Shown here: positions 10,601 to 23,901 of the stretch, piece after piece
Layout: each line of letters starts with the position of its first letter
Position numbering within the stretch: the first letter of the stretch is position 1
NCBI GenBank assembly: GCA_965235115.1
Contig: OZ249436.1
Span: 36,394,001 to 36,458,000 of the forward strand
Source of the DNA: Laetmonice hystrix
Lineage: Eukaryota
Length of the DNA stretch: 64,000 bases
Direction of reading: 5' to 3'
Position numbers and translations under genes: made by a program
The notes under the pieces: model-generated
Seen by the model: the letters and a program-made list of their open reading frames with translations, nothing else
What the model was told of the DNA's origin: nothing
The model's database searches: none

Positions 10601-13600
10601 GCCACAGTGCGTCTGAAAGGGTTGGGCTAAGCTAATGATTCCTAATAGCGGCGGCCAATGGCCTACGGGCGGCGTGTAGCTCGGGCGATGGCCTGTTCAG
10701 TGGTCTGCCCTTGCCAACTGGTCTCTCCCTATACAGGGACCGTGTTAAAAGGCTCTTTCAAGGGTAATGGTTTTGAGGGGTGGAGAAAACGAAGACGGAC
10801 AAAGGCGCAGTTGTGAAAGTAAAGCTGGTCTGTACGCTGGTGTGGCGCCGCCATGACCGTCATTCAGATAAAGTGTTTGTGCATGTTTTGTTCGCATCCT
10901 ACGTTGCGTTATAATGGTGTTATTTCTCCTAATGCTCGCCCCGCCAGCCTTACTTTACGATTCCGGCAGTCATCGCCTAGAGGGTCGCTTTACATCTCCT
11001 ACTTGATCCATTCCAACTCGAGGCAAAGGGTACATGGGTTATCCTCGTCATTCTAAACGACACAAAACAGTTCATGGGGAGATATTCAAGGTAAAGGGAC
11101 AAGGTAAAAAAACGCAATTCTTGAATGGAATGATGTCTCGTTGATTAGTAAAAACAGAAACCATGCCAAACCTGGCCGCGAATAAGAAATCAGAATCATT
11201 GAAGTAATTCCTATAGTCTTATGCTGAATCTTTTGCAAATACCTTCGATTTTGAGTGCGTTTAAACACAATTAGAAATAATTGCCCCCTTCTCACTTGTC
11301 TTTCCATGCCTAACGCGATTCGATGGCCCGGGTGGTTAATTTGAGGGCTTATTAGGCGTTGCTGCTCGATACAAGAATTAATGGTAATTGCCTCCATAAT
11401 TTGAAACGTTTTGAGACTTTCTATTGGCAGTGACGGTCGGGCTGAAGCTCCAGGTCAAAGGTTATCGGTCTAGTCACAAGGAGCTGTCGTAGTGTCAGCA
11501 CTAATGATTTCACTGCGATCGTAATGCCAAATATCAAGTGCACTCAGACAGCTTCAGCCTACCGTCGTATTACGACGACCCAAACTGAGCCACATTGGTC
11601 TCGCTGTATTAATGTTTCCCAAGTCTCTATTCTTACAAAGACACTGTGTGACGAAGTCAAAAACGGTTATTAAGCAACACGTTCGACTTCGTCCGATCAT
11701 GTGGTTAGTACAATGTACACAATAAATCCATTGGTGATTTATACACAAGGGTTTAATCCAATCGTGGGTGTCATTCTTTCCACCACACCCTTTGAAAGCG
11801 CATCTCAACCTCCAATTTATTAGTGCCCAATGGTTATTCTTTTTTTGTTGTTGGCATCCTTAATCCAAACCCCCTTGCCTTTTAATTAGGATTCGTTGTC
11901 CTCAGCGCAGATAGCATCTTGACGAATGATAGAGACATTCGAGGTGACAGCATCGATCCGGCTTTTCTCCCTAACACCGCGCCTGTGTGCGCCAATTTAA
12001 GAGCGATGAAAAAAAGGACTGTCGTCTGCTGTCGCGACGTCAACTCATGCGGCCCGTTCATATCTATAGGTGCGTATCAAACCCATTCAATTGTCCATAT
12101 ACCCTCATATTTTGTCTTGATGCATGTCAACAATGTATAGCCTCGCACATAATGTTTGATAACATCTTTGGAATTATAAGAAAGTTCTTTGGTCCATATG
12201 TTTGCTCCTACATAGAGAGCATGCCGTATAGGTCTTATCTCAGGATCAACGTCAATTTCACGGATAACTGCAAGTAAATCGTACCCTCGAAGGGCTATGT
12301 ACCCATCTCTGACATCTTCTAATTGTAGTTGAAAGAAGTGAATGTAGCTACGTTTAGCAACAAAGAAAAACTTTTTAATGGCCGTATGTGGATAATAGAG
12401 CGGTTTGCAGGGCTTGTCGCTGGTGACCGCCACATGGACCATCGGATTTCTACATAGCTAGAGGCCATTCGGCTTAAGGTATAGAGAGTACAACTGGGGG
12501 TAATATGCCGTTTGTATAGACTGGGCGCTGTAACGCTGCACTAAGGCTGGCTCAGCCGCCATTCATGTCGAGGGAAGGGACACCGAAATATGTTGTCGCC
12601 AGGTGAGTCATTGGGGTCGGCGGTGTTGGTGGACAAAGGGGGCTCGATCTCCTCGCCTTCAACCCACATTTAGATCAGACATATCGACCACCTCTTGACA
12701 GTCACAGCTCGCTGCAGGACGGGGGTCTAACCGCCGGGCAAGTCATGGTCGGACTCTGGTCATTATTGTGGAATCATGGTTTGGTCTGGAGTCGAGGCTG
12801 CCGTGACGAGACACCCTATCCCACTGAAACCACCCCTTCCCAACGAACGGACGTGTTGCCATTTACACATTAATTCTGTATACACATATATACAAAGCAC
12901 GCCGTATTTGTTTAGAAATTTGCATGATACGCGATGAAGGAGTTGAAAATATGTTGACGTCAAAACAAGTTAGGCCTAATTTAAAAGTCATTTTCATAAC
13001 TGTTCAAGGTATCGCATTCCTATGAGAATTGTTTGCATATACTGGCCTTATACTGCAATGACATGATGGTCTTGTCGAACTGATTTCCCAAATTGTGACT
13101 AAATGTACATAAAGGATTACAAAGGTGTATACTTAGTTATGTATAGCCTAGGTTCATTTATATACTCATCAAAAGAAGAAACAGCCTGGAGCCAATTGAA
13201 TGTGTACATATCCATTAAACGGTTTGATTTTTGTACGGATAAATGCGCTAATGTCTCCAGCAAATACTCTTGTATTGAAAACAAGGAGCGTGGACTCAGA
13301 GTCGGGAAACAAATTAAGCGATAGCATAAAAGCGAGGCTAAACCATTTGCAGGCGGAGGGCAGATTTGACCAGAATTAGGTGCACATTTTGTAAGCCGAT
13401 GGGAGTTAGATTTACTTGTGTTCATGCTAGATTATAGTTTAACTTACTCTGAATCAATGGCCCCACGACCCACATAATAATTATTGTACTCAACATAAAC
13501 ATTTATAATAGACCTAGACCTTTATTGAACTTGCATGGATCCCCAGCTTGTAAAGAGCTTGTTAAGAGCTTGTTAATTTTATATGCTAACTATGTTATTA

Positions 13601-14099
13601 ACAGGGCGTATATATACAATGCTGCTATACACGTACATGCACTTTATTATGTTTAGTTAAGCGTTATCGATTAGGCCTACTATATGCTTCTTCATTCTTT
13701 CACAAAAAAAGAGCTATCAAAATATCACACATATTTGATTATCCATAAAAAAATCTTGTGTTGACGTCAAATTCCTGTCTATTATTATTGCTATAATGCC
13801 ACTCAAGTAGGCAACAATGAGTGACTGGTTTTTTCCCCTACCCTGTCTGTGACTATTATATGCAGAAAGATTATCATACACGGCATGGCAAGGCACAGCA
13901 CAAGTTGGCTTGCAATAGTTCATCTTGATTCGTGAATAGGAGGGACTGCAATGAAACATCAAGCACCATTGAGAAGCGGGAGGCTGGAAAGACCTCGTCC
14001 TGCCGAGCCCTGCGTAGTCATTTGTACAGCGATCTATAATATCCGCCGGCTGTAACTGTGTAATCAATAACATTGAGCCTGTAGTCTCTATTAATGGCC

Positions 14100-14320
14100 T
14101 TCACTTAATGTAATTACCAAAACCAACCCGTGCCTCACGGCTCCTGCTCCGCTTTGCCTTGCCCGTGCCGAATGGTAAATACCCCCACGTTGATTGACAG
14201 CACTTTTCATCGCCGACCTGCGTGTGATTGGTCGTGCTGGCAGGCCTGGCCACGCCCACCTTATTACAGGGTTGAGCGGCGCACGGGCAAGCGTGAACAT
14301 TGTTTATGACCAATGGCACT
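14100..14320 (+). promoter_or_regulatory. Putative rx proximal promoter/enhancer
   Basis: Within ~220 bp: P3 palindrome TAATGTAATTA (14106-14116), PBX-MEIS decamer TGATTGACAG (14191-14200), ATTGG (14227-14231), GC/KLF box CCACGCCC (14250-14257), Sox-type CATTGTT (14298-14304), CCAAT (14310-14314). Lies 550-770 bp upstream of the ATG. Confidence 0.5.
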
Positions 14321-14870
14321 GTGACGGGCCCTGGCTGTGGTGACAATAGTAAAGACAGCACGGACCTCCAATAACCCACTTAGGGATGGTGCTGGCTTGA
14401 GAAAAGGGAACATTTGGCTGAAAAATGTCCTTCAAAGGATAACCAGCCTGACGATCTCGGAAAGCGGAGAACACAGCATATCGCTTCAATATAACCGTAG
14501 TATTGGACGTACATATACATGCAACATTCTAACCATGGTGTTGACACATATACACGGATCGTAACCAACAATCACTGCTGACATTTGTTGTCGGTGAAGT
14601 TTGGAGAAAAAAGAATAGTCCTATCAGCTCATTGACGTACATATTGCAGAACGATACACGAAGATACACGTCTAACCTGCAAATTTTATTTGAATCATTC
14701 GAAGGTGCTCGCTTACTAATCATTGCTCCTAAAGACAGCTCAGATTGGGCTGTTTACTTGATCCACCATCCAGTCGCTTCCTCCTTGTGCAATAACTCCA
14801 GACTGTCTCCGTATAACTCCAGTAAGACGCTGACATCCGGCGCCCTGTGTGTAGGGCCTACGCTGCCACC

Positions 14871-15264
14871 ATGTCGAGTTCTTGCTCTTCGGATGTTGAG
14901 AGTTCACGATCGCCCGACCCCAGTCTGACATACGGGGCCGGAGGGAGTACAGGCGCCGGGGACAAGTCGTCGGTCGGGCCGCCAGGGCTCGGCCTGGGTC
15001 TAGCGCCGCCGGCGCCGGCCACAGGACACCAGGGCGGTGGCCCTGTGGTGCCCCGGACCGTCACGGTCGGCCCGACCAACCCGACACATACCATTGACGC
15101 TATCCTCGGCTTCAAGGACCAGACGTATGGTAATAACAAGAAACTGAACGCCGGGGTGGGAGGGGTGCTGTGTAATAATAACGTCTCTAGTCTGATCGAA
15201 GAGCACAGTCGGAATCAAAGTGGAATTAACCACCCCAAGGGCTGCACCGACAAGGACGCCAAAG
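14871..15264 (+). CDS. rx: Retinal homeobox protein Rx, coding exon 1 (octapeptide)
   Basis: Perfect Kozak GCCACCATG; encodes the Rx-type octapeptide/eh1 HTIDAILG (15087-15110). Donor AAA G|GTAACT is phase 1, compatible with the next exon. Confidence 0.9.
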
Positions 15265-18200
15265 GTAACTATTTGTATATTATAATATAACATAATATGA
15301 CATATTATGTCAGGTCTATCACACTACATCACAATAGGTCTATATTGCGGCCGTTTATGCAGCAAAAGTGGCCTTTATACTATATAATCGTGTAATACGG
15401 AGATGTTAAATGGTATATTTGACGTAAGACAATGCCATTCAGTTATCAAGATGAGTGTGTAGAAGTCAAACCCTAACGGTCTGGGCCATCTTATAAATCT
15501 TTCTGTAAAAAAATACTTACAATGAGTGCTTCTCATATTGGTGTGAACATGATTGTATGAACATGATATTAACCTGAACTTTAAGTGAATGCATGAATAT
15601 CACTTCTCATATCAGACTATAGGAACTAATATTATTAGTTTTTGAAGGTTTCATAGGATATTTTTTCACTGCATCTTACCACTTTCTATGCACTTGGGCA
15701 TAGACCTTACTGACAAGGGCTTCCACCTTCGGGCAGAATATAATATGCTACAGCAACCAATATACGAATCATATAGATGTACATGTATACATGTCCATAT
15801 ACGTTATATGCCCATCATACTGGATATAAATATGTATCATGTATAGTCAGTACATATTGATTCTGAAAGGGAGCTATATCTTGTCAAGAGACACTCTAAG
15901 TTTATTATGAGCCAACTTATACTTACTGGTCGAACCTTGTGTTACCACAGTTATTGAGGATTCTGGCCTTCCTGTAATACATCCATATGGAGTACATTCT
16001 TACTGGTAAACATTGTATTCTATCAAAAAGCACATATGTACACAATTCCATAAATGTCATCACACTGGAATCCTGTGGAAAGGCATAAGAGTATTGAGCG
16101 TATACAATTGGCGAAATTTTAGATAGATCAAATATTATCATTCTAAAAATGTATTATTTGAGCTATATATACGGAGAATGTTTTACATTCGGGTTCTTTG
16201 TATTGGACTTCACACAGCTTTTATGTAGTAATCGCAAAATAATACAAGCAGATCTTAAAGGGATAGAGAAAAATATCCATTAACACCCCTCAAAAGAGTA
16301 CAAAAATGTTCCAGTCGTAGCCCTGCATGATATGAAGACGTTGGCTTATGTATGTGGTCTGGCACTTGCAGTAAATCATGCAGACAAAATGTGAATCTTA
16401 TAATTAAGGTTATTTCGGTTTGCAAACAGAGCAGACGAGAACGGTCGATATAGCAATGGCTGCATGTGTTCGTAAACTAAATTATATAACTTATACCATA
16501 TTAATCTCAAGGCTTGTAAACTGTTTTCCTAATTATTAGACGTCGGTATGATAATATTATTGACCTGCATATAGTTTTATGGGTGCACTTGTTCAAGTCC
16601 GTTCTTCTTCGTATCGGTATATAATATCTACTTAACAACTCAAGTGCTATATCTCAATCACATAGAGGTTAACGCGCTGCGTTATCTCCGGCTTGGTTAA
16701 TTGATGTTTGATTGTTCAGAGTAACCACGTGGTTTCCGTGCCCCTTTGTTGTGGCGAACAGTGATGGATTACAGAGACAATCCTTTTAGCAGATTATCAG
16801 TCGAGGCCTGCACTATAGCGATCAAACCGTGCCGTGCATTATCTCCAAACATGACAAAGCTATTATAAACATCTAATGTACCGTAGTTTCTAAGGAATAA
16901 TTCCCACCGTATTACATAATCATTTCATATATCTTTTTCTTCAAGTCCGATTATGTTTTCTTGTCGAAATTAATAGCACGAAATTGATCAGGTCATAAAG
17001 TGTATGACACTCTTCTTCCAATCTAGCCAAAAATATTTATAATGGAAATGTAGTGCTTTAATGGGGGAGAATAAGCACACATCAAATGAGTTGCCGTAAG
17101 TGCCTTACAGCGCAAGTTCTAAGGGAGGATGGCGCCAAATGCACACCTCGCTAAATGTCGTCTGCTACAGCCTGACAGTTCGCGTGTTACGTTTTACCCG
17201 TAAGCTGATTGGTGCGTCTTTCGTGTCGGATCCCACCATTGTCCCGCATTGGCACAATCAATTAATAATTTGTCCTTTCTCTCTCATTTTCCTCGCTACT
17301 ATTAATGGGCCCGTTTAAAATTTCCTGTCAACAATCAAGATTTGATAGAGTTTACGACAGCCAAATGTCAGATAATAATGAAGCCAGGACGGGTCGCTGA
17401 GGCCAAAATAATGCTCAGATTAAGCAAGCCTGCCCAATCATTTAAAACAGTTGATTTGAGGTTTAATTGCTGCGCAATGGCACAAATTCACATCGCGTGC
17501 AGCGATATCTGAACCTGTACCTCAGTCATACGTAAAAATCGAAGCTGTTGGGTCTTGATTGGCACGCCTTCGCTACCCATTACGACTAAAACTCGTCGAC
17601 ATGAGAGCCTTGGCGGTTGATGGAGGATTTGTCGCAATATTTCTCTACAACAATCGGAGCCTTCAATGAGAGCCAGTCTTATAGTGGATGATTTAAAACC
17701 ACTCGGAGGAAGGGGCCGCCCGCCGTCTGGGGCCTTTGGAGCCGTCAGTGGCGGCAGTTGGCATGACGCAGCGAGCCGATTGAAGGCGAGCTTGGAGGCC
17801 TTCAACACATTGAAGCTGCGAGTATATCTCCAATAATGCGCCTGTTAAAGCTTCGGGTTCTGCCCCCGGGAAGTACTTGAAGAATCCCACAGCAGTTATT
17901 GACACTGGCGTTATTTTGCAAACCCAGCGGTAGGTCTTTCTTAGGGGATCGGCTTATTTTCTAGCCTGGATCATTATCATATTGATGCCGTCCCAATCTT
18001 CCCGCACTTCGCAGAGCTCTTCGTGTCATCTTCTGCTTGTTATCGGTCGACATGCAGCAGTCTCTCCCTGCCTTCTTCAGCCCAGATACAGTTGTTGACA
18101 TGAAAACCAATGCATGTTCACGAGGCCGTATTTTGGAACACGATGTTGGCAGAACGTCAGTCGTGAATTAAGCAATGCGTGATATGCACGTGAGTGCGTT

Positions 18201-20403
18201 GTGAAACCAGAGGCTGTAAAAAAACAGGAGTAACCAAGGCACTGCCAAACTATACTAGCCTTACATTGTCAAAGTGATATCAATTAGGGTCTATACATAC
18301 ATGTTCGGTATATAACCATGACCTACAGTATATGGTTAGCAATGTCACTGAACCTGGTGAGAAGCTGTTTCATAATCTGCAGTTCGCTCGAAAAGATAGA
18401 AAAATCATACTCCGAGAACGACTTCCGGTCATATGGTCTCAGTTCGATAGAAATCAGTCTTCAGGCCATACTACTAAACGATGCAGTGTTTGAACCCGCA
18501 GTATGAGTATGAGTATACGCCTGTATAATGAGGCCTACACACAGTCATATTGCACAGCGTCCAGCAAAGTCACATGGCCCGTCTTGGACTGTTTATGCTT
18601 CCAGACATCGGATTTAACGCTGTGCCGCGAGGCGACAGTCTTGAAGAGAGCATCCGCTGTGCAGCCGACCGTGACGAGCGTTTCCCTTTATCGAAGCGTC
18701 TTCCCGCCGGCCTATTGTTTTCCCGCCATGTCCGTGCCTAGCCGTCCGATTCCTAGTGGCAGTTATCCGTACAAATTGACCTTCACGCATGTCATCACGT
18801 TGTCTTGCCATCAATGGCTCAAATTGGGCGGCGTTCTTGCGCGCACCAAATCGGCGCTTAACGACTGGGACGGCAAGATTCTTATCGCGGTCTGGGTCAC
18901 ATGCTCTCAGCAGCTTGGACAAATTGACGCAGAATTCGCCGATGTCAACGGCCACATCGCCTGGCGGATATCGCCCGTGTCATCAAGGCCCAGGCAAGAT
19001 GACATGAGGAATTCAATCAAGATCTAATCACATTGTATATATTCACCCCAAAATCGAAATGCCGCAATTCACGAATTCGACAGCGGCGCCGTCTTCGAGT
19101 TTTGCATGACTTGATGCCCTGCCTCAAAGAAGAGGCCATGTTGAGGCAAACAAAGCGTGATGCTGTCTGCATTATGGTATGTGATGTCTGATATAGCTCT
19201 CCAGACACTGTCGTGTTGTCTATTTCTGGATGGATATGTTTTTCTCTGTCAAGAACCACACCACATCTTTTGTCTCTAAGTTGTTGGCGCAAAGTTTTCA
19301 TTGTTTAACAGCTATACAGACTTCGAACAAACTCGTATAATGGATGCATATACCCTGCTCTACTGGCACTCGGCGAAGGAGGTCCCTAAATAGGAGAACC
19401 TTACATTGTCATGTAAGGTCATAATCCAAAGTGCACAAAACGCTTGTATCTGTCAGTCTCTCATCCCGAGCTGTCGCCGTCTGCTGTGCGCTTTATTCGC
19501 GGCACAAACATTGAAGTGACAACCCGTTCTGCCGCCGTTTAAGCAGAGCCATCATGAAGCCCCGTCTACTGATAAATCTCTACTTCCTTCTCAGCGCGCA
19601 AACGTTTCTACAATCTGGCCGCGATGACGTTTCCGCTGATAAACACATTAAAATGTCTAAGTCCAAATTACTGGGCCCCCTTCCCACGCCCGGTTGAATT
19701 AGTGGGATCAGCAGCCAGTCTCTCACGTCGTGGACCGCCAAGACGTGGTGCCGTTTGATTGACTGTAATACTGAGGCCGTTGACAAGTCCACTGTCAGCT
19801 CCTTACAGAATCAATCTATTTGAATTGGAATCTTAAACCCATAATGCCCATGATTTATCCGAGGGTGATCTTGAGTCGTAGAATGGACTATAAGATTGTG
19901 TTGTTAATACTCCTTTTAACGCAATAATGAGACAGCCTGGGAGGAAATGTATGTGTCTAAAAATAACCATTTTTATATCACACATATATACTTAAAGATT
20001 ATCTATCCATACATTTATACAATTATACATACATAAACATATTAACAAAAAAGGAAATATGTAGGCACTATAATGCATAAATTTTATGTCTCTCACAGAC
20101 AAAAAATAATCCGGTACATGGATGCATGGAATACCGTCACTGAAAAATGAGTCGTTTACCCCGAGTCCACCCATTGCCCATGTTCTTGACTTGACCAATA
20201 GACATTCTATATGCAGATGTTGGAAAATCCCTGGAGGGCACCTTTATGGCCCACCTTTAGGATAACCAGCGCCTATACACTGTTCAAAGCTTAGCCAGCC
20301 ACGACACAATTAATAGGCCACCATTTCTTATGTCGAGCTTAATTCGCTGTTAATCAATCCGTGGGGCATGAGTGAACAAATCGGGTGATATACCGAGCTC
20401 AAC

Positions 20404-20988
20404 CTTGATAAATGTTATACCGGCCAGTATTGTATGCCTGGCAGGGGTTTCCAGGTCTTGATAAATGTTATACCGGCCGGTATTGTATGCCTGGCAGGGG
20501 TTTCCAGGTCTTGATAAATGTTATACCGGCCAGTATTGTATGCCTGGCAGGGGTTTCCAGGTCTTGATAAATGTTATACCGGCCGGTATTGTATGCCTGG
20601 CTGCAGGGGTTTCCAGGTCTTGATAAATGTTATACCGGCCGGTATTGTATGCCTGGCAGGGGTTTCCAGGTCTTGATAAATGTTATACCGGCCGGTATTG
20701 TATGCCTGGCAGGGGTTTGCAGGTCTTGATAAATGTTATACCGGCCGGTATTGTATGCCTGGCAGGGGTTTCCAGGTCTTGATAAATGTTATACCGGCCA
20801 GTATTGTATGCCTGGCAGGGGTTTCCAGGTCTTGATAAATGTTATACCGGCCAGTATTGTATGCCTGGCAGGGGTTTGCAGGTCTTGATAAATGTTATAC
20901 CGGCCAGTATTGTATGCCTGGCAGGGGTTTGCAGGTCTTGATAAATGTTATACCGGCGGTATTGTATGCCTGGCAGGGGTTTCCAGGT
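20404..20988. repeat. 53-bp minisatellite, ~11 copies (rx intron 1)
   Basis: Unit CTTGATAAATGTTATACCGGCC(A/G)GTATTGTATGCCTGGCAGGGGTTT(C/G)CAGGT. Confidence 0.97.
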
Positions 20989-21523
20989 CCGCCTGTGTAT
21001 AATCTATCCGATGGACCTTTTGTATGCTAGTATACACAGTTGTTCCCACCGGTTCAAAGGAGGCGAACATCGACCTATAAAGTATATTTGCTGTTGTTTG
21101 CTCTTCATTAGCGGCCGATATGCGGTTACAGCCATAATCCTGTGGGCTGCGACCATTTTGTAAGTAAATATGTTGATGGGACGTTGCTGGAATTCATGAC
21201 GAGACATCACAGCTTGTCAACCATTTAGATTCGTGGATAGCTTATACTGGGTATGGTGGGTTGCTGCCGTTAACTTTGAAAATAAATACAACTTTACTTT
21301 TGTGATTATACGCGACTGTCAGATTACCTGTTGGTCAGGGGTCATGATTCTCAAGATTATATTCCATTCTACTCTTTAATCCATGTGAACGGACAAGAGA
21401 AAATATCCCGGCGACATAGGGCCGTAACATTTAAATGACTATTTTTGTCCTAAGTTAAAAGTGTCAAATTTCGCCCTTAGGTACCCTAAGAATGCACGAT
21501 TGACACCCAGAATTAAAAGAAAT

Positions 21524-21549
21524 CTGGGGGACATGCCCCCAGACCCCCT
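21524..21549. repeat. Fragment of a dispersed repeat with core CTGGGGG..CATGCCCCCAGA (second copy 31539-31560)
   Basis: Two similar palindromic cores 10 kb apart; element boundaries not resolved. Confidence 0.45.
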
Positions 21550-22665
21550 AGAATAGTTGTCTTCGCCTCGTCGCTTTTTAACGTTATGGTTCTGCCGTAA
21601 AGGTGGGATGGTATAGCTATTCTGTTTTGACAGCAGAAGTCTCATAATATTGTGTGCTATATGTGCCTTCACTTCTATAACACCCTCAGAAAATAATAAA
21701 AGCGCCGAATTGGGTCTGTACCCCTACAGCCCCCCCCCCCATCACTTAGCTATTTTGCATGGCTATAGCTATACAATTACAAGTATAGGTCTAATCATGA
21801 GCACTGAGATCACCACAATCCAACTCCATGACAGTGACGTCAATACACCAGCTACTCGTAAAGTTAACAGCAGACTGTCTATCGTCCTCTTGATCTGACC
21901 TGGATGTCTCCCCCAACAAAACCCTCGTCTCTGTGGCGACAAGATGTGTCCTTCAACTATAAGATGGCTGCTCGGCCTGCGAGCGACTCGAGACAGGCAA
22001 AGTTGATGGTCACAGCGAGAAGAAACCGCAAGCGTCGTGAAAGCTATCTGATGGTTGTCAGCGTGACGTCTTTGTCGACGACGGGCTTGATTTAAAGGTG
22101 GGATGCGGCGGTGCGGCAGTGGGCGGCCCCGGCCGAGGGGTGAGGCATCCCGGCGAGCTGGGTGGTCAGGGAGGCGGGTATAGGCCCAGGCACCCGCCGC
22201 TCGCCGCCGACACCACCCATAGCACGCCCGTGCAACTTTAGATTTGGCTACACTGTTTAAGTGTCACTTGTAGAAGTTCTAGGCGAACCCTACCCCATTG
22301 TCAGCACTGAAAGCACCGACTTATGTTCACAATATGGTATTGTTATAGCTACAGGCACCGGTAGAAAGTCAAAGTATGCAGAGAAGAATGGTCCGCAGTA
22401 GGGCTTCTCGATTCGAAAAAGAAGGTCGGCTTCTTTTTTTTTGAACTTCAGTAGATGTGTGAGGGAAACAAAGATAGCATCCAAGGTATCCCAGTGCTGT
22501 CACTCCTTAGGCCTACCAGATATCAACGGCTTATAATTTCCTGGGGGTTTGGTTTTTTTTAGTGTCATTTCACTCCGAAAGCCACTCCCGCACCCAGGTC
22601 TATATTTGAGTCGATACAACCCCACATCTCGACACACCCTAAAGTAACCATGTCGTTGTCCGCAG

Positions 22666-22964
22666 ACGACGACGGTCTCCCCTACCGGTGCGAGGAGGAC
22701 GTGAGCTCGGCTAACGGTGACCTGCGCGGGGACCTGCAGACGACCGGAGCCGACTCGGACAGTGGCGGCAGTCAGAAGTCAGGCTCGCCCGGCGATTGTG
22801 ACGACTCCGACTCACCCAAGAAAAAACATCGCCGTAACCGGACCACCTTCACCACCTACCAGCTACACGAGCTAGAGAGGGCCTTCGAGAAATCTCACTA
22901 CCCTGACGTCTACTCACGGGAGGAGCTGGCCCTCAAGATTAACCTGCCAGAGGTCCGAGTCCAG
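22666..22964 (+). CDS. rx: Rx coding exon 2 (homeodomain residues 1-46)
   Basis: Acceptor TGTCGTTGTCCGCAG|AC (phase 1). Encodes [49 protein letters not shown], the Rx-type homeodomain. Donor CAG|GTAAAC lies at the canonical PRD-class codon 46/47 position. Confidence 0.97.
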
Positions 22965-23901
22965 GTAAACGTCTTCTTGTTGGTTTTGTTAGCTTGCATA
23001 CATGAAGGTCCCATCTTACACGTAGGCCTAACTCTTTTAGTGTACATGCACTGATAAATATAAGTACATGTCTATGGAATGATGCAGGCCTTGTAAGTAT
23101 GCGTATTTTGTGTGTATGTCTTTAAAAAAAAGTATTATTATGTACCGAACCCTTGGGAGAACTTACAGGCAAAAGATGCCTATAAGATGCCTGTAGTAGT
23201 GCAATGTGTAGACATAACGTATAGTGCATGATCTTCCATTGTATCCTAGGCCTATGTAGGCCTATATGTTACGCGCCATCTATCGACCAATTTGCATTGT
23301 GTCTGACCCAATAACGAATTTACAGATGGGTCGCCCATCTGTCAATGGCAAAACGCGGCAAAGTGGTGTCCCATGCAGGTTTTTGTTTCATTGGAGGCAT
23401 GCCCCAGACGTTTTTCTCCATTTCTATATGCATACAACATGTATGCATACGCATGCTCTTGGGAATCCTGGGCCAACTTCGATACAGAAAATTTATGTAT
23501 ACCTGTTACATAAATTCCCTTTGTCGAATTCTTAAGTTAACACTGGACTTCAACGGAAATCAAATATATATAGGCCAAACTACCTCCATAGTGTATAAAC
23601 CGGCCTGCATCTACTGAGCAATCGAATCAATAACAACTTAATATAAGGGGTCAATGCACTCCTCAGCGATTTGTAGGTAGTAATCTTAGCTTTCGTTGTT
23701 CAATTTAGCTTAAAGAACAGTTTGCCCCCTTTATACGAGCAACAGATTCTGCTGCGCTGACCGACATTCGTGTTAAACGCTTGATTAAGAGTGTTGTATA
23801 CATCAACAGATGTATTATACAGAAAACGTGTCAGGTGTTAGACCGAGAGACCTAAGTGTCAGAGCGAATACCTGGAGGTGTGAACACATTATTAATATAG
23901 G

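Noticed and set aside
11700-11870. Otx (TAATCC) and Sox sites as a vertebrate-like rax enhancer; also TCF (ATCAAAG) sites across the window
   Set aside because: These 6-7-mers occur no more often than expected by chance in 64 kb by my rough count; not informative without conservation.
17488-19027. Several 70-174-aa ORFs in rx intron 1
   Set aside because: Overlapping frames on both strands, no recognisable domain and no consistent splice structure; typical of GC-balanced non-coding DNA.
19554-19697. 47-aa ORF MKPRLLINLYFLLSAQ... with a signal-peptide-like start
   Set aside because: Too short to distinguish from chance; intronic, with no cleavage or peptide pattern.
21821-21833. 13-nt reverse-complement match to miR-281 as I recall it (also an 11-nt miR-71-like string near 50081)
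   Set aside because: The match stops well short of a mature miRNA and there is no precursor hairpin.
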